Positions 63,285-64,000 of a stretch of 64,000 bases of DNA are shown one piece after another. A program made the translations under genes and the position numbers. Under the pieces are notes generated by a model that saw only the letters and a list, made by a program, of their open reading frames with translations, did not search any database and was not told the origin of the DNA. The stretch spans positions 54,064,001 through 54,128,000 of the forward strand of contig OX597816.1 in the NCBI GenBank assembly GCA_951406725.2, read 5' to 3'. Source of the stretch: Octopus vulgaris (lineage: Eukaryota). How positions within the stretch are numbered: position 1 is the first letter of the stretch; each line of letters starts with the position of its first letter.

Positions 63285-64000
63285 TTGGGTTGGCTACTAA
63301 GTTCCCGCCGTTTTTTAAAATTTAAATTTTTTTAAAGGTTTAATAAAAAATATGACAACTAATTAATCAATAATGTATTCACCCTTGTTGTTTACAACTT
63401 CTTCCCAACGTTCAACAAGATTTTCAATACCTCGTTGGTAGAAATCACTGGAGTTCGACTCGAAAAATTGATCCAACCAAGCTCTCAATTCTGCATCAGT
63501 ATTGAACGAAACGCCACGCATAGCATTTGAAAGAGATCGAAAGAGGTGGAAATCTGTTGGTGCCAAATCAAGAAAGTACGGCGAGTGTGGCAGCATTTCC
63601 CAGCCATGCGTATGAATGGCTTCCTTAGTCATATTTGCAATATGAAGGCGGGCGTTGTCGTGCAGCAGAAGAACTCCAACCTGCCGGTTAGGTCTTTTCT
63701 CTTGAATAGCCGTGTTGAGTCGTTCCATCTGTTGAGCGTTTGGTTCTATTCAAGCAATTTGTAAATGATAATCCCTTCCCAGTCCCACCATACGGACAAC
63801 ACCGTTTTACGCGGATGAAGATCTTGTTTCACGCGCGGTGTCGCTTGTTTACTGGGGCTAAGCCATTCCATACGCTGCTTCATATTGATGTACAGGCACC
63901 ATTTTTCGTCGCCAATAACGATTCGCTAAAGAAATCGTTGCTTGTGTCCACGAGTTGAGCGGTGACGAGCAAGCAAACCAGCGGAGATTGTGACTCGTTG
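63285..64000 (-). mobile_element. Mariner (DD34D) element, 3' part, disrupted; continues beyond the window
   Basis: TA|TTGGGTTGGCTACTAAGTT TIR. RIVIGDEKW, LLLHDNAR and HSPYFLDLAPTDFHLFRSL, with 34 residues between D and D. Confidence 0.93.

Overview
This is AT-rich, microsatellite-dense animal genomic DNA. The SINE, Penelope and R4 repertoire points to a coleoid cephalopod, probably Octopus (an inference). One host gene is supported: the 3' part of cyclin Y (CCNY-like), + strand, with six coding exons (572-615, 2937-3146, 4613-4732, 6371-6537, 8868-9030, 13709-13828). All introns are GT-AG with consistent phases, giving about 274 aa; the N-terminal exons lie upstream of the window. A SINE-poor stretch of about 5 kb follows, probably a long 3' UTR. 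It holds the most interesting signal: an unannotated ~490-nt fold-back (14730-15220) whose mismatches are mostly G:U-compatible on the mRNA strand, as expected of a selected dsRNA (ADAR substrate or hairpin RNA). It also holds a 22 x 30-bp minisatellite. The remaining ~45 kb is mostly decayed transposons: several tRNA-derived SINE families (including a 5-unit concatemer), CR1, RTE, R4/Dong and Penelope remnants (some with minimal hammerhead motifs), three IS630-Tc1-mariner types (DD37D, intron-bearing DD34E, DD34D), a hAT with a duplicated end, MITEs and probable Helitrons. Most listed ORFs are microsatellite or repeat artefacts. There is no CRISPR array, rRNA or genuine tRNA. All alignments were done by eye, so repeat boundaries are approximate unless a TSD or TIR is given.
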